This document shows positions 52,601 to 64,000 of a DNA stretch of 64,000 bases, piece after piece. The notes beneath the pieces are model-generated. The model saw only the letters and a program-made list of their open reading frames with translations, was not told where the DNA came from and did not search any database. The stretch's first letter is position 1. Each line of letters starts with the position of its first letter. The position numbers were made by a program, and so were the translations under genes. This stretch comes from Antedon mediterranea (taxonomy: Eukaryota; Animalia; Echinodermata). Where the stretch lies: positions 16,390,101 through 16,454,100 of the forward strand of contig NC_092677.1 of assembly GCF_964355755.1 (NCBI RefSeq), in the 5' to 3' direction.

Positions 52601-53403
52601 AATTTTACTAATTATTATTGTGTATAAGTAATTTCATAGTTATGCAATTTTATTTATTATACAGTAGGCCTATGGTGTAGTTCAAATGTAAAAAACCATA
52701 CTATCTGCCATTCTTGTACAAACATGTTTTAAACAATTTAAAAAGAAAAAAAATGTCATAAGACCAAAATGTTTCAGAGTTATATTAATATATTTGACTA
52801 ATAGTTCAAAGGTCAATAGTTGTAAAATCGGCCATTTTGTGTAAAAACTTGTCATTATAATAAATATGAATGTATAGTTTCTGAACAATTTGAGCCCAAT
52901 TTCATGTCTCTCCGATTATTGGTTACTGAGATACGATACATCAAGGTCAAAGGTCAAAATGTCAGAAATAAGACTTGCAACCATTTTTTGACAAAATGTT
53001 TCATTAAAGTGAATATAAAAACATATATTTAAAACATTTTGACACCATAATTAATTATCTGTGACTAGTGGTTCTCGAGATATAGGGTTATTATAAAAAA
53101 TGGCCGCCATTTTTAATTATGCAAATTAAGAGCCTAGATGGCCGAATTTCGCTTGGGATCCGCCATATTCGTAATCAGCGAGGTCGAAATATCCTAAATC
53201 AAGTGGATCCCAGCTTCTACCCAAAAATGCTTCTTGCATCATATTTCAGGGGAAATAGAACTTGTCTATACGTTCATACAGGGATAAAGGTACGAGTTAT
53301 GTTCTCACGGTTGAGTTTACGAATTGTTTCAATTTACCAATAACCATTGGTATACCGCGTATATGTTCGCTGTCGATTAAAGGGGTTTGGGTGGGGGTTC
53401 GAT

Positions 53404-54997
53404 CAGTGGTGGCGCCAGCGGGGGTGCTACGGGGGCTCTAGCCCCCTCGTCGGGGAGCCTAGCCCCCCCCCCCCCCCCGTCGGGGAACACGGGTACTTTT
53501 TGTCGGGGAATATAATATACAGTAAAAAACGTTCGCGTTCACTTCATAGCTTCAGCGCCTAGAAAACCACGACGTTCCATTGACCGTGAGAGTACGTCAG
53601 AGGGCTAATATGCACTTTTATGCATTCATTTATTGCCAGCGATCTAACTTACTACTAAACATTAGCTAGGTACGCACTTGTCTGGCGGTATCCCTTTGTA
53701 CGAATCGTTCAACGTTGGGTGAGACGCGTGATATCAAGTTCCATCCAGGTACCAAAATGTGTAATGTAGTTATTTTCCAGGCGAAGTTTACCGACGGTTA
53801 CCGAAGGGAACACGGGTACTTTTTGTCGGGGAATATAATATACAGTAAAAAGCGTTCGCGTTCACTTCGTAGCTAGCTTCAGCGCCTAGAAAACCGCGAC
53901 GTTTCATTGACCGTGAGAGTACGTCAGAGTGATATTATGCACTTTATATGCATTCATTATTGCCAGCGATCTAACTTACTATAGAAAACAATAGCTAGGT
54001 TCGCACTTGTCTGGCGGTATCCATTTGTACGAATCGTTCAACGTTGTCGAGACGCGTGATATCATGTTCCATCCAGCGACCAAAATGTGTACTGTAGTTA
54101 TTTTCCAGGCGAAGTTTACTGACGGCGGGTTACGTCGTGTACTGCGTCGACGTACGCTACACTACAGCAAAAACGAATTATGTTAATTGTTCGTATGTTC
54201 ACCAATTTTTTTAATTTACAAGTAACCTTCTGTACCGTGGGGCACCTGAAATAAATTTTTCATCCATTACTAAACAAAAAAACATGCAACTTAATTTTCG
54301 CTTAGCCAACATCTTATTATAGCTAAGTTATTACATTTTCAATGTCCTGTGTATGTCATGAATTTCTCACCACTCGGAAGTCCAGATGGTACGCACGCAT
54401 ACACTTGGGAGGAATACACTTATTTCCCCGACTGAAAAAGGTCTACGCTTGCGTTTTTTAAGCCTCTAGGCCTGATGTTTCCAAAGTATAAAATGCAATT
54501 TTTTGAAGACCTGCAGCTCTAGTTTTAAAAATTTTCTTAGCTCAGCCCCAACAATAAAGCTGGTCATATTTCGAAGTACAAGAAGTGCATTTTCCGGGAC
54601 CTAACATCTCTATTTTTCAAACATTTCTTAGCTCAGTCACAACCATGATAGGGACTTATATATTTTGTTTCATGTTTTGAAGTATAAATAAGTCAAATTT
54701 CCGGAACCTCCAACTCTATTTTTCTAAATTTTCTTTGAACTTTTATTTTTTAAATTGAAAAATATGGATTGAATCGCGCATCGTTTTTTTGCACGCAGTA
54801 TTTTATTTATGCATTATAAAAAATGGAAAAAATGGCTACCCTAAATCTGATTAAAATGACCTCAAATGACGCTAGAACGCGTTGCTTCCGGGTGCTTGCC
54901 CTTGGCGGCCCCCTGGCCCCCAGCCTAGTGATGCTCGCATAGCCCCCTCGTCGGGGAATGTAGCCCCCGCGTCGGGAAGATCCTGGCGCCATCCCTG
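53404..54997. mobile_element. Non-autonomous TIR element (hAT-like termini) with an internal ~320-bp tandem duplication
   Basis: CAGTGGTGGCGCCAG...CTGGCGCCATCCCTG; subterminal cgtcgggga repeats; flanks ggtg(gg)ggttcgat / ggtgggttcgat; 53483-53797 is repeated at 53806-54125. Confidence 0.7.
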
Positions 54998-55859
54998 GGT
55001 GGGTTCGATTGGGAAAAAGGAAGCGGTTGGCCCGAACCATAAAACAAGGTCTTTTTTCACCCCCTTAATAATTCTAAAGGGAAAAAAAAGATGCACCAAA
55101 CCCGCGACCGTCGCTAGACGCGGATTCGACACACTTGACACTTTTAATTAAGAAGAGTAGGCTAGAACTATAGTTGTGTAAATAGGCCTACATAGTGAAA
55201 AAGCTAAAAGTTTAATTACTATTTATGAATTCAAGAGTTTAAAAAGAAAACGCGATTTCAAATCTTTTCGGAAAATACCCACAACTGAGTTATTTTCAAA
55301 ACACATGCACTCCCACTCTAACCAGCATCACGTTGTCTTAGCTCGCTCCTCGTGTGAATGCTGACGTCATCACTCTCCAAAAATACACCATTTTCCGCCC
55401 TGCCGGTTTTTTATACAATGGTATGCAGTATAAACGATAAAAAAACGAGAAACATGATGTTCTTTTATTATTATTTCATAGGGATAACATAAACATGAAA
55501 TGTCTTGTTCTATGTACACGGCCGAAAAAACGTGTGGCATAGTTGGCATTTTATTGATTTGTGTTATAGACACGGCGATTACGGCAATCATTGTAAACTA
55601 AATTACATTGAGTTATTCACCCGGTTATAGGGTATATATCTGAGGTTAACAACAGACCACCAAAGCACAGTCGTACACTAAACACATGCACTATCGAATT
55701 ACCAAATGTTCATTTCGTTTGAAGTGTTTTTCGATCAGTTTATTAAGTTTATTATTAGTTCGTCGAAAAAGATCCGTATTAGAGTATTTAGGAAGGATTT
55801 ATTTAAATTTACATTATATGTGACATTGTTTATTAAATGTAATGGAAACAGTTGCTCTA

Positions 55860-56029
55860 GCCTATTAAACAGTTTGTAAGCATCTATTTTTTCAAAATTT
55901 TCTGAGGCTCGGGAGGAGGTTACCCCCTCCCAAAACCACCCCCTCTTTCGCGCGTACGGCTCCCCCCCCCCCCCCCGTCGGGGAATTCGACCCCCCCCCC
56001 CCATGGGGAAAATCCTGCCGCCACCACTG
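55860..56029. mobile_element. Additional right end of a related hAT-like element
   Basis: Ends aaatcctgccgccaccactg and contains the cgtcgggga motif. Confidence 0.5.
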
Positions 56030-58225
56030 CTCGAAATAATTAGAGAAGCACTATATCAAATGCCAAAAATAACAAAGCCCCCAGGATAGATGGTATAACA
56101 AATGAACTCCTTAAAAATGGGGGTGTCGCTTTAGAAACATCCCTCCTTGTACTATTCAACAAAATTGTTGAACTAGAAAAAATACCAAATGAGTGGAACT
56201 TATCTTTAAAAAAGGAGATCGTAAAGATCTAAACAATTATAGAGGCATTTCATTAACTTCTTGCGTGTCAAAAATATTTAATAGAGTAACCACTATGTAC
56301 ATATCAAATTTTATAGAAGATAACTTTCTTTCGGAAGTTCAGGGAGGCTTTAGATCTGACCACAGATGTGAAGACCACATCTGAATATTTTATGTTGTCG
56401 ATCAAATGTAGGCAAAACTACACATCTAGCCTTCCTGGACTTCCGCAAAGCTTTTGATAGTGTTTGGCGGGATGGCCTTTTAAAATCTGTATGGGACGCA
56501 GGTGTAAAGGGGGAAAGTTTGGAGGCTTATTAGCTCTCTTTATAATGATGTTAAAGCTAAAGTTAGAGTTGGAGAAAGTTTGACAGATGAATTTGATATT
56601 CATAAAGGTGTAAAGCAAGGGTGTGTCCTCTCACCAATTTTATTTTCAATTTTTATTAATGAGTTTGTTAAACTTCTTCGTGATAATAACTTAGGTGTCC
56701 AGATGAATGGTAGTTGGATGGGTGGCCTTTTTTTGGGCCGATGATGTTATTCTAATAGCTAATGACGAAAAAGAAATGACAAAAATGTTAGAAATTGCAG
56801 GTAGATTTGCTAATGAATGGAAATTAGGTTTTAATCACGACAAATCCAATATTATGGTTGTAGGTAAACGCATAAATAAAAATAAAAATTGGAAATTATG
56901 GGAAAAGACCATTAAAGAGGTAAATAATTACAAATATTTGGGCGTCTATATCACGTCAAATTTAAGAGAGCACACATATTATTTTTTTTTATTTATTTTT
57001 TTTTTATTTATTCAATTTCTGCCATATACATAACAGAGAAGACAAAACAATTATAAAAGGAGGCACGGAAACATGTTAAACAGAAAGGGAACCGACTAAT
57101 AGCTTACATCAAAGGTATAATATCTAATCTTGATAACTTTAATAGAATATAATATTATGGTAACATACTTTGGAAGGCAATCGCACTTCCATCAATCAAT
57201 TATGCTAGTAGTGTTTGGTATAGTAGATCAATCTAAGATAATGAAGACTTAGAAAAGCTTCAGCTACAAATGGCACGTTATTTATTAAAGGCTCCACGAT
57301 ATTTACCCCGTGAAGCCCTTTATGGTGATCTTGGTTGGGCCCCTTTATCTCAAATACACGAATTGTCAAGGACAAAGTTATTCAATAGATTTATAGAAAT
57401 GGATGTTGGTAGGTGGCCAAATATTGCTCTACACTCTATGGTACAAACTGATTGCAACTTAAATAACCTAAAGTATACATTTTTAAGTAGTTGTGCTGAT
57501 ACCTTTGACAAATGTACACATGGTGTGAACTTTTATGATAAAGTGTATAATATCAATAATCTGTCGTTCACACCATTTTATGTTAGGAATATTGAACAAG
57601 CCTTGTCTAAATAAAGTGGTCAAATAATTTACAAAACAAAACTTCTTTTATTGAATTATTATTAATATTATCCACATTAAAACCCGAACCAAAATTAGAA
57701 AAATATCTTCTAGACAAAATAAATGTCTATGGTGCCAGCCTAAAGTTTAAGGCTAAATCAAACACCCTACCTCTAGACTGTAAAACAAGTAAGTGGTCAA
57801 ACGAAACCACAGGCTTTTGCACTCTATGTAATAATGGTGAATCTCAAGATATTAACCATTTTTTATTGAACTGTAATGCTTTTGACGAAATCAGAAAAGA
57901 AGAATTAAAGAAATTACAAAATGAATTGACACTCTGTAATTCTCTCTGACAATTCTTACAACGCATTCGATAAATTCTGTAAAAGATATTCAAGCTTGTC
58001 ATGGGAAAAACGGTATTCGTTGAAATATTCCCAATGACTGTTTTTGTTGTATTGTTATTTGTATATAGTTTAATTTTCTTTTAGGTTTTTCTTTTTTTTT
58101 CTCTCATTATGTTTTCGTTCTTTTTGTTTCTTTTTCAAATTGTTGTGTTTTGTTTTTGGACCGCTGCATCGCATGTTGTGAGTGCCACCGATCCAAAGGT
58201 GAATGAGTCAACAAATAAATAAATA
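56030..58225 (+). mobile_element. 5'-truncated degenerate LINE (RT plus C-terminal CCHC), CR1/L2/RTE-X group
   Basis: KAPG.DGITNE, NNYRGISL, QGGFR, AFLDFRKAFDSV, GVKQGCVLSP, WADDV, YKYLG, CTLC...DINHFLLNC; (AAAT)n tail. Confidence 0.85.
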
Positions 58226-59266
58226 TATGAATAATGACGTCATTATTCATTCTGTTGTATCATTTGAATACAATCGGAAAGTGGGCGTAGGCCTACCTAT
58301 TTTTATAACAATTGGAAATTTCCTATCACATTTTTGTGTAACACGATAGGGTTAGCACGACTGGATCGATAGCTAATTATTTGTGGGTAAGTTTTTTTTT
58401 TATTTTTATTTTTATTTGATGCTGGTGAAATCATAATCAAGTATCGATCGAGAAACGCCTATAAAGCCTATCTACTGTAGCAAAGAATATATATCACAAG
58501 AATGAGTAATCCGCGATTTTCCCTGTAACAGTAATATTGTCCATGTCGTAGGCGCCGCCATAAGTGAGGATGTATACAACTTTTTGTGACGGTTACACTA
58601 ATCTAAGGCTGGACCACCGGTAGTATTTTTATGATAAAAAATGTTATCAACTACATGCCAACATCATATTAAATGCTGTTTGGATATTTAATTGTTCGTT
58701 TCATGCCATTTATGTAGTAAAAACTGCCGAATAAACAGTTCGCTTCATCAACCGGGCGCTACGATAGCGCTACCGGGCGTTTTGGTGTTTACGCGTTTTC
58801 ACGAAAAATAGTTTAATAGTATTTCTATATTTAACTTGTTTCTGGTAAAACAAATACATTTTAATGAGATTTAACATTGTATCCTAATAATAACATGTAT
58901 TTTATACTAATTTATATCATAAAAACAATACTTAATTTACCGGGCGTAGATTAGTACGCGGCAATGCTAAAGAATAGGCCGTGCTGAGTAACGCTTCGTT
59001 GATTTTTGGTGTAGCTGTTGGGATTTTTTGTGAACTAATTTAGCATGGTAGTAAATAATTTTCTGTAGAAGTGAATTTACACTAGTTTGTTATTAAATAT
59101 GTATTATGAAATGTTTTACAATTGCAAAATATATTATAATAATTCTATTTAATGTGACGTGTATAATATCTAATTATGGTTAAGTTAAAGTATTTGAAAG
59201 ACATTGTAAAATGTTTGTGATCATTGCTATTCAACTTTTTGAGATAATTGTTACACAAAAAGTGTA

Positions 59267-59348
59267 CAGAAAGAATAATAATAATAACAATAAAGATTTT
59301 GTACAATAACAATAGGTGATCATTTTATTCTAAATGATCACCTAATAA
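59267..59348 (-). repeat. Terminal fragment of the HINE-like family seen at 39704-39784
   Basis: Reverse-complement match including the palindrome. Confidence 0.7.
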
Positions 59349-59567
59349 ATCGAGTCTTATTTAGTATGTATACATCCGCCCTTATGAGGGCGGGCATCAC
59401 TCTCTGTTACAAATTTCTCATGCAAAAATCGCGGAATAATAATAATTCGGTATATCTCGGTATATTTAATCAAAAAATTCACATATAAAAGTACATACAT
59501 GGCAGCACATGGTTGAATTGCATATGTATTACACAATACAAAATATATAAACAATAGACAACACTAT

Positions 59568-60099
59568 TGTAACGGTGGGTGTTGTCCGTTACTATATATC
59601 ATATAGTCTCAGTGGCAGGATTTCACACAGTCACAGAATATACAAACAGTAAATATGGTTTTGTCCAGTGACAACAGTTTTATTTCAATACTCAATATAA
59701 TGCAGTATGTACTGGCTATATCACATGTTCCTATATTGTAAATGTTTTATCCTCTCTATTATAAACGTTTTCTTCTCTCTTTATCAATTTGTTAACTCTC
59801 TTTCTTTATCAATTTGTTAACTTTTTCTATTATAAACTTCCTCTCTCTTGGCCAGTACATCCATATTTAAGGAAGCGTCCTAATTAATATGCATGTACTG
59901 GGAGGGGACTATTTGGAACAAAGGAACATTCTTTGATGATGAGGAATGTAACATCACCTTCACCTCAGTGAAGGTTAGGGCAAATTGGACCACTGGACAT
60001 CAACAAGTATTTATAGTAACTCCCATTAGAGCAATTATACATTTCACAAAATACCAACTTGTAAACAGTTAATAGATTTATATTCTCTCGTGTGTTACA
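59568..60099. mobile_element. Putative solo LTR (Gypsy-like, 532 bp)
   Basis: TGTAAC...GTTACA ends; flanks CTAT/CTAG (4-bp TSD with one mismatch); minus-strand AATAAA. Confidence 0.6.
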
Positions 60100-60584
60100 C
60101 TAGGAATGTTAATAGATGGAGTAGGGAGAAATAGTGAAAAAGGGTTGTTGACCTGATGGTCAGAGTGTTACATTATTCCCTCTCTACCAAAGAAGTGTCC
60201 CACTTCGTATATTTAAAATAAAACATAATTGTAATATAAAAGAAATGAAGTAATTAAGTAAATGCTGAAATTAAAACTGTATGCTAATTAAATTTAAAAA
60301 ACAAAATCAAGTAATATCAAGTAAAGGGAATGAACTATCATTCCAAAATCAAAATATAATGATGATAATACATTACTACTTCTACTAGTAATTAAAATTA
60401 AACATTGTCATCAACATGCAATATATTACGTAAGTACACGTAATATAAAAAAATATATCATATAAGTTTTAAAACATGCAATTAATTAAAATAAGTTTAT
60501 GCAAAAGTGAACCATCATTGAGAATAGAAAGTATAGATTGAAAAACACAAGTGAAGGAGAGTAAAAAAATGGTGATATAGTATA

Positions 60585-60986
60585 TGTAACGCTCGTAGCG
60601 TCGTACGTTAATCGGTATACAACAAAAAAACTTCCAACCAGGTTTTGCACTTCACAATTGATTTATTGTGGTTCAAACTGAAAATGTAACAAAATAATAC
60701 AATAAAGAACTACAATGTATCCAGGTTAAATTAGCAAAATGTAGAAATGGTATTAAGCCTAAGCTAAGCTAAAGAGAGTAATCAAAGGAAGCAAATAACG
60801 AACTTACATCACTGGTCTGTCTGGTGTAATACAAAGGTATGCATAGGATTACCGCTCACGAAATGAAAAGAACAACGACAAGCGCAGCACAGTAAAAGGG
60901 AATAATAGAAACAAAAGAACGGGAAATTTACATATTATGTCAGGTGCAGTTTAACATAGCAGAAATAAAGCGTTGCGTCACTAACA
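60585..60986 (-). repeat. 3' LTR of the BEL/Pao element
   Basis: Minus strand TGTT...TACA preceded by G-rich tract ggggccgggg; AATAAA inside. Confidence 0.75.
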
Positions 60987-61154
60987 CCCCGGCCCCAATA
61001 CATTGTATACATAATGTATTCTTCCTATCAAGTAATAAATAATAAGTAACCCAGTGCCATGTTTTTAGCACGGATTTGGAAAATTAAGAATTTATCAATA
61101 TTATGGTGTGTCATTAATTTAATTGTCTGATTTTCTGAATCTAACTACATTTAA

Positions 61155-62378
61155 TTACATACATCCTTCTAGTAAGCAAATTTTAACAATTGGCCTATCA
61201 TATACACCCGTTTGTGTTTTAACTTCAACAGAACGAACCCGTCCATCGGTGCCGGTGTAAATCTTGGTGATCAATCCTAAAGGCCATTGGTAACGAGGTG
61301 TGTTCTCTGCTTTCATTAGAACCAGGTCCCCTTGCCGTAGATTTCTTCTTGGTTTTAACCATTTCTGGCGCTGTTGTAGGGCAGGAAGATATTCACTTAA
61401 CCATCGTTTCCAAAAGATGTCCGCCATATACTGAATTTGACGCCAACGACGCTTATACAAGTCTTGGTTAACGAACATGCCAGGAGGTAATGATGGTCCA
61501 GCACGCATAAGCAATAGGTGGTTAGGTGTAAGGGGCGAGGGATCATCTGGATCACTGGAAAGTTTAGTTATGGGACGACTGTTTATTATGCTTTCTACTA
61601 TGCACATCAGTGTTGATAATCCTTCATCATCCAGTTTCTGCTGACCCAATACGCCACGCAGCACGGAACGCACCGTACGAATTTGCCTCTCCCAGGCTCC
61701 ACCCATATGTGACGCAGTAGGAGTATTAAATATCCACTCGATTTCCTTTTGTTGCAAGAAGTCACCTATCTTATGTTGGTTCCATCCTGTAAGTGCTTGC
61801 TTTAATTGCAGTTGAGCACCTACTAAGTTCGTGCCGTTATCTGAACGAATTTCGGCTGGCTCGCCCCGACGTGCAATAAAGCGTTGTAAGGCATTAATGA
61901 ACGAGTCGGTGTCTAAAGTGTGTGAAACCTCTAAGTGAATGGCTCGGGTGGCGAGGCAAGTGAAGATACATCCGTATCTTTTCAATTCGCTACGGGCTCT
62001 TTTTATTATAAACGGTCCAAAGTAGTCGATACCTACTCTATTGAACGGCGTTTCATTTAATTTAACCCGGGCTTCAGGAAGATTTCCCATCATTTGTGTT
62101 TCTGTTCTTGCTCTCAACTTCCTGCATGTTATACATTTGGACAAGATACCTTTCACGGTGGGGCGACCTCGAACAATCCAATACTTTAGTCTGGTTTCAG
62201 CCAAAGTGCGTTCAGCTCCAGCGTGACCCGTTCTCAAGTGGTGATGTTCGACAATTAACTTAGTAACATGGTGATTTGCTGGTAGCAACACTTGATGCTT
62301 GGTTTGGTATGATACATTTGCCTTTTCTAATCTACCTCCCACACGCCACAGACCGTCTTCTGTCAGGATAGGATTCAA
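61155..62378 (-). CDS. BEL/Pao integrase region (open 407-aa segment of the broken polyprotein)
   Basis: H-H-C-C zinc finger, DDE core and DUF5641-like C-terminus. Confidence 0.9.
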   Translation of the reverse strand: MNPILTEDGLWRVGGRLEKANVSYQTKHQVLLPANHHVTKLIVEHHHLRTGHAGAERTLAETRLKYWIVRGRPTVKGILSKCITCRKLRARTETQMMGNLPEARVKLNETPFNRVGIDYFGPFIIKRARSELKRYGCIFTCLATRAIHLEVSHTLDTDSFINALQRFIARRGEPAEIRSDNGTNLVGAQLQLKQALTGWNQHKIGDFLQQKEIEWIFNTPTASHMGGAWERQIRTVRSVLRGVLGQQKLDDEGLSTLMCIVESIINSRPITKLSSDPDDPSPLTPNHLLLMRAGPSLPPGMFVNQDLYKRRWRQIQYMADIFWKRWLSEYLPALQQRQKWLKPRRNLRQGDLVLMKAENTPRYQWPLGLITKIYTGTDGRVRSVEVKTQTGVYDRPIVKICLLEGCM

Positions 62379-64000
62379 CCTTTTAAGCGAATTAATCTGC
62401 TCTCAGGCTTCAGGCTATTTGTTTGAATATACCGGATGATGGATTCTTCTGCTTTCTTAAGCTCGTTTACCGTTAGTTTCCCAGTAATTAGGCATGCAGG
62501 TTTCAACATAAAGGTTTTGAAGCGCATAATCCATGCCACAGCTCGCTTTAGCCGGTACCAGGAAGAGTATCGTTTTAAGAGTTGGTCGACAGTAGCGTTG
62601 TTATTTGTCACAACTGTGTAGATTTTTGACGATTTTTTAATTTCCGCCCTTGCTTCAAGTTCTGCGCATTTAAAGGGTGGTTGAGTTGGCCATCTTTCTT
62701 CATTTTTCCACGTACAGGAATGACGGTCCGCTAACCCATCTGCGGTTATTAACCAGCTTGCTTGCAGTCAAACCTCGGGATGCGTCATCTCCAGGGTTAC
62801 TCTTTGTGTCAATGTATCGCCATTGGTGCGGAAAACTATGTTCCCTGATTACCGAAACACGGTTTGCTACGTAAGTCTGGAAGCGACGCTCATCATTTTG
62901 AATATACCATAAAACGATCATGCTGTCCGACCAAAAGGTGGATTCTAACAGCGGAATTTCTAGCTCACGCAGCAACAACTTGTCTAACTTGATTGCTTCG
63001 ACGGCTGCGGTCAACTCCAACCTTGGGATGGTTGTGGTCTTCAAAGGTGCAAGTCTCGATTTGGACATCAAAATACTACGATGGCTTTTATCGTAGGAAT
63101 CTATCATTCTAAGATAAGTTACTGCCCCGTATCCAGCTTCGGATGCGTCGACAAAATGATGTAGTTGGCTGGATTTGATGCGAAGCCCAATGGGTTTAAA
63201 ACAACGTAGTACCTTCAGATCCATTATAGTAGGAAGGTCAATGAGCCATCGATTCCACTGATCAGCACTCTCAGTTGGTATGGGATCATCCCAGTCGTAT
63301 TTGCAGCGGCATAGTTGCTGAAATATCATCTTTCCTCGCAGTACATAGGGTCCTGCATAACCAAGTGGATCGTACATAGAGTTGAGTATACTTAGCACTC
63401 CGTGACATGTCATAGGTTTAACAGCAACTTGAATATCGTATTGGAACTTGTCTTGCTCAATATTCCAAAGCATTCCAAGGACTCGCTCACATGGTAAGCT
63501 GTCGAAACTAATGTTCTTTAATCATGTGGCCCACTCATCTTGAGGTAGAGAATAGATAACCTCCCGGCTATTCGACATCCACTTGTTGAGGTGAAATCCT
63601 CCACACTGCAATAGTCTTTTAACTTCATGTACGAGATATATGGCTTCGTCAACAGACGCTACAGACTTTAAGCAATCGTCTACGTAAAAGTTACGCTTAA
63701 TTGTCTGCCTTGCAGCATTGCTGTATTCACTTGCGTTATCCTCGACAGTCCGATGAACAGCATAATTGGCGCAACTTGGGCTCCAAACTCCTCCAAATAA
63801 ATGAACAGTCATTCTATACTCTAAAGGCACGTTGTATGGGTCATCATTTTTCTACCATAGGAACCGCAGTGCGTCACGATCGGCGGGATTTACAACAACT
63901 TGGTGAAACATGCCTTGGATATCGGCTGTGAACGCAACAGCCTCTTGTCGGAAACGAAGGAGGACGCCGATTAGTTTATTGGTCAAATCTGGTCCTTGGT

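Larger units (their letters stand above)
46201..53236 (+). mobile_element. Near-complete AcademX DNA transposon (7036 bp)
   Basis: ~500-bp TIRs (46201-~46715 and ~52725-53236; CAAGAAGCATTTTTGGGTAG.../...CTACCCAAAAATGCTTCTTG). Flanks AAT/CAT may be a 3-bp TSD with one mismatch. One long internal ORF with two lesions. Confidence 0.92.
60585..64000 (-). mobile_element. BEL/Pao LTR retrotransposon (RT, RNase H, integrase), frameshifted, runs off the window
   Basis: [52 protein letters not shown]; integrase HHCC, GIDYFGP, SDNGTN, GGAWER, LTPNHLL, RPIVKICLL. Confidence 0.96.

Noticed and set aside
53404-56029. A single 2.6-kb element using CAGTGGTGGCG/CGCCACCACTG as TIRs
   Set aside because: Flanks (ggttcgat vs ctcgaaat) do not form a TSD, whereas the end at 54997 has a near-duplicated flank; not fully excluded.

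Overview
AT-rich eukaryotic (metazoan) genomic DNA, not prokaryotic. The repeat repertoire and GT-AG introns suggest a marine invertebrate, possibly an echinoderm; this is inference only. The window is mostly nested transposable elements. (1) A near-complete 7.0-kb Academ (AcademX-type: DDE-like core + XPG/PIN nuclease + Cys-rich CXC) DNA transposon with ~500-bp TIRs at 46201-53236. (2) Two copies of an internally deleted derivative of a second AcademX family (966-6926, 35097-~38630), each hit by different LINE insertions. (3) A four-level nest: a Penelope retroelement split by a 7.6-kb long-TIR element with a 10-bp TSD, which contains a Helitron, which contains an AcademH-like element with hairpin ends. 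(4) Three Penelope-associated hammerhead ribozyme motifs. (5) Degenerate CR1, L1/Tx1, RTE and L2 LINEs, SINEs, Helentron-like elements, a solo LTR and a BEL/Pao LTR retrotransposon. Host-derived sequence comprises a multi-exon laccase (multicopper oxidase) pseudogene with a paralogous fragment, and a putative 3-exon ~109-aa single-pass membrane microprotein gene missed by the ORF track. All alignments and coordinates were made by eye. No wholly new system is proven; the best leads are listed as findings.
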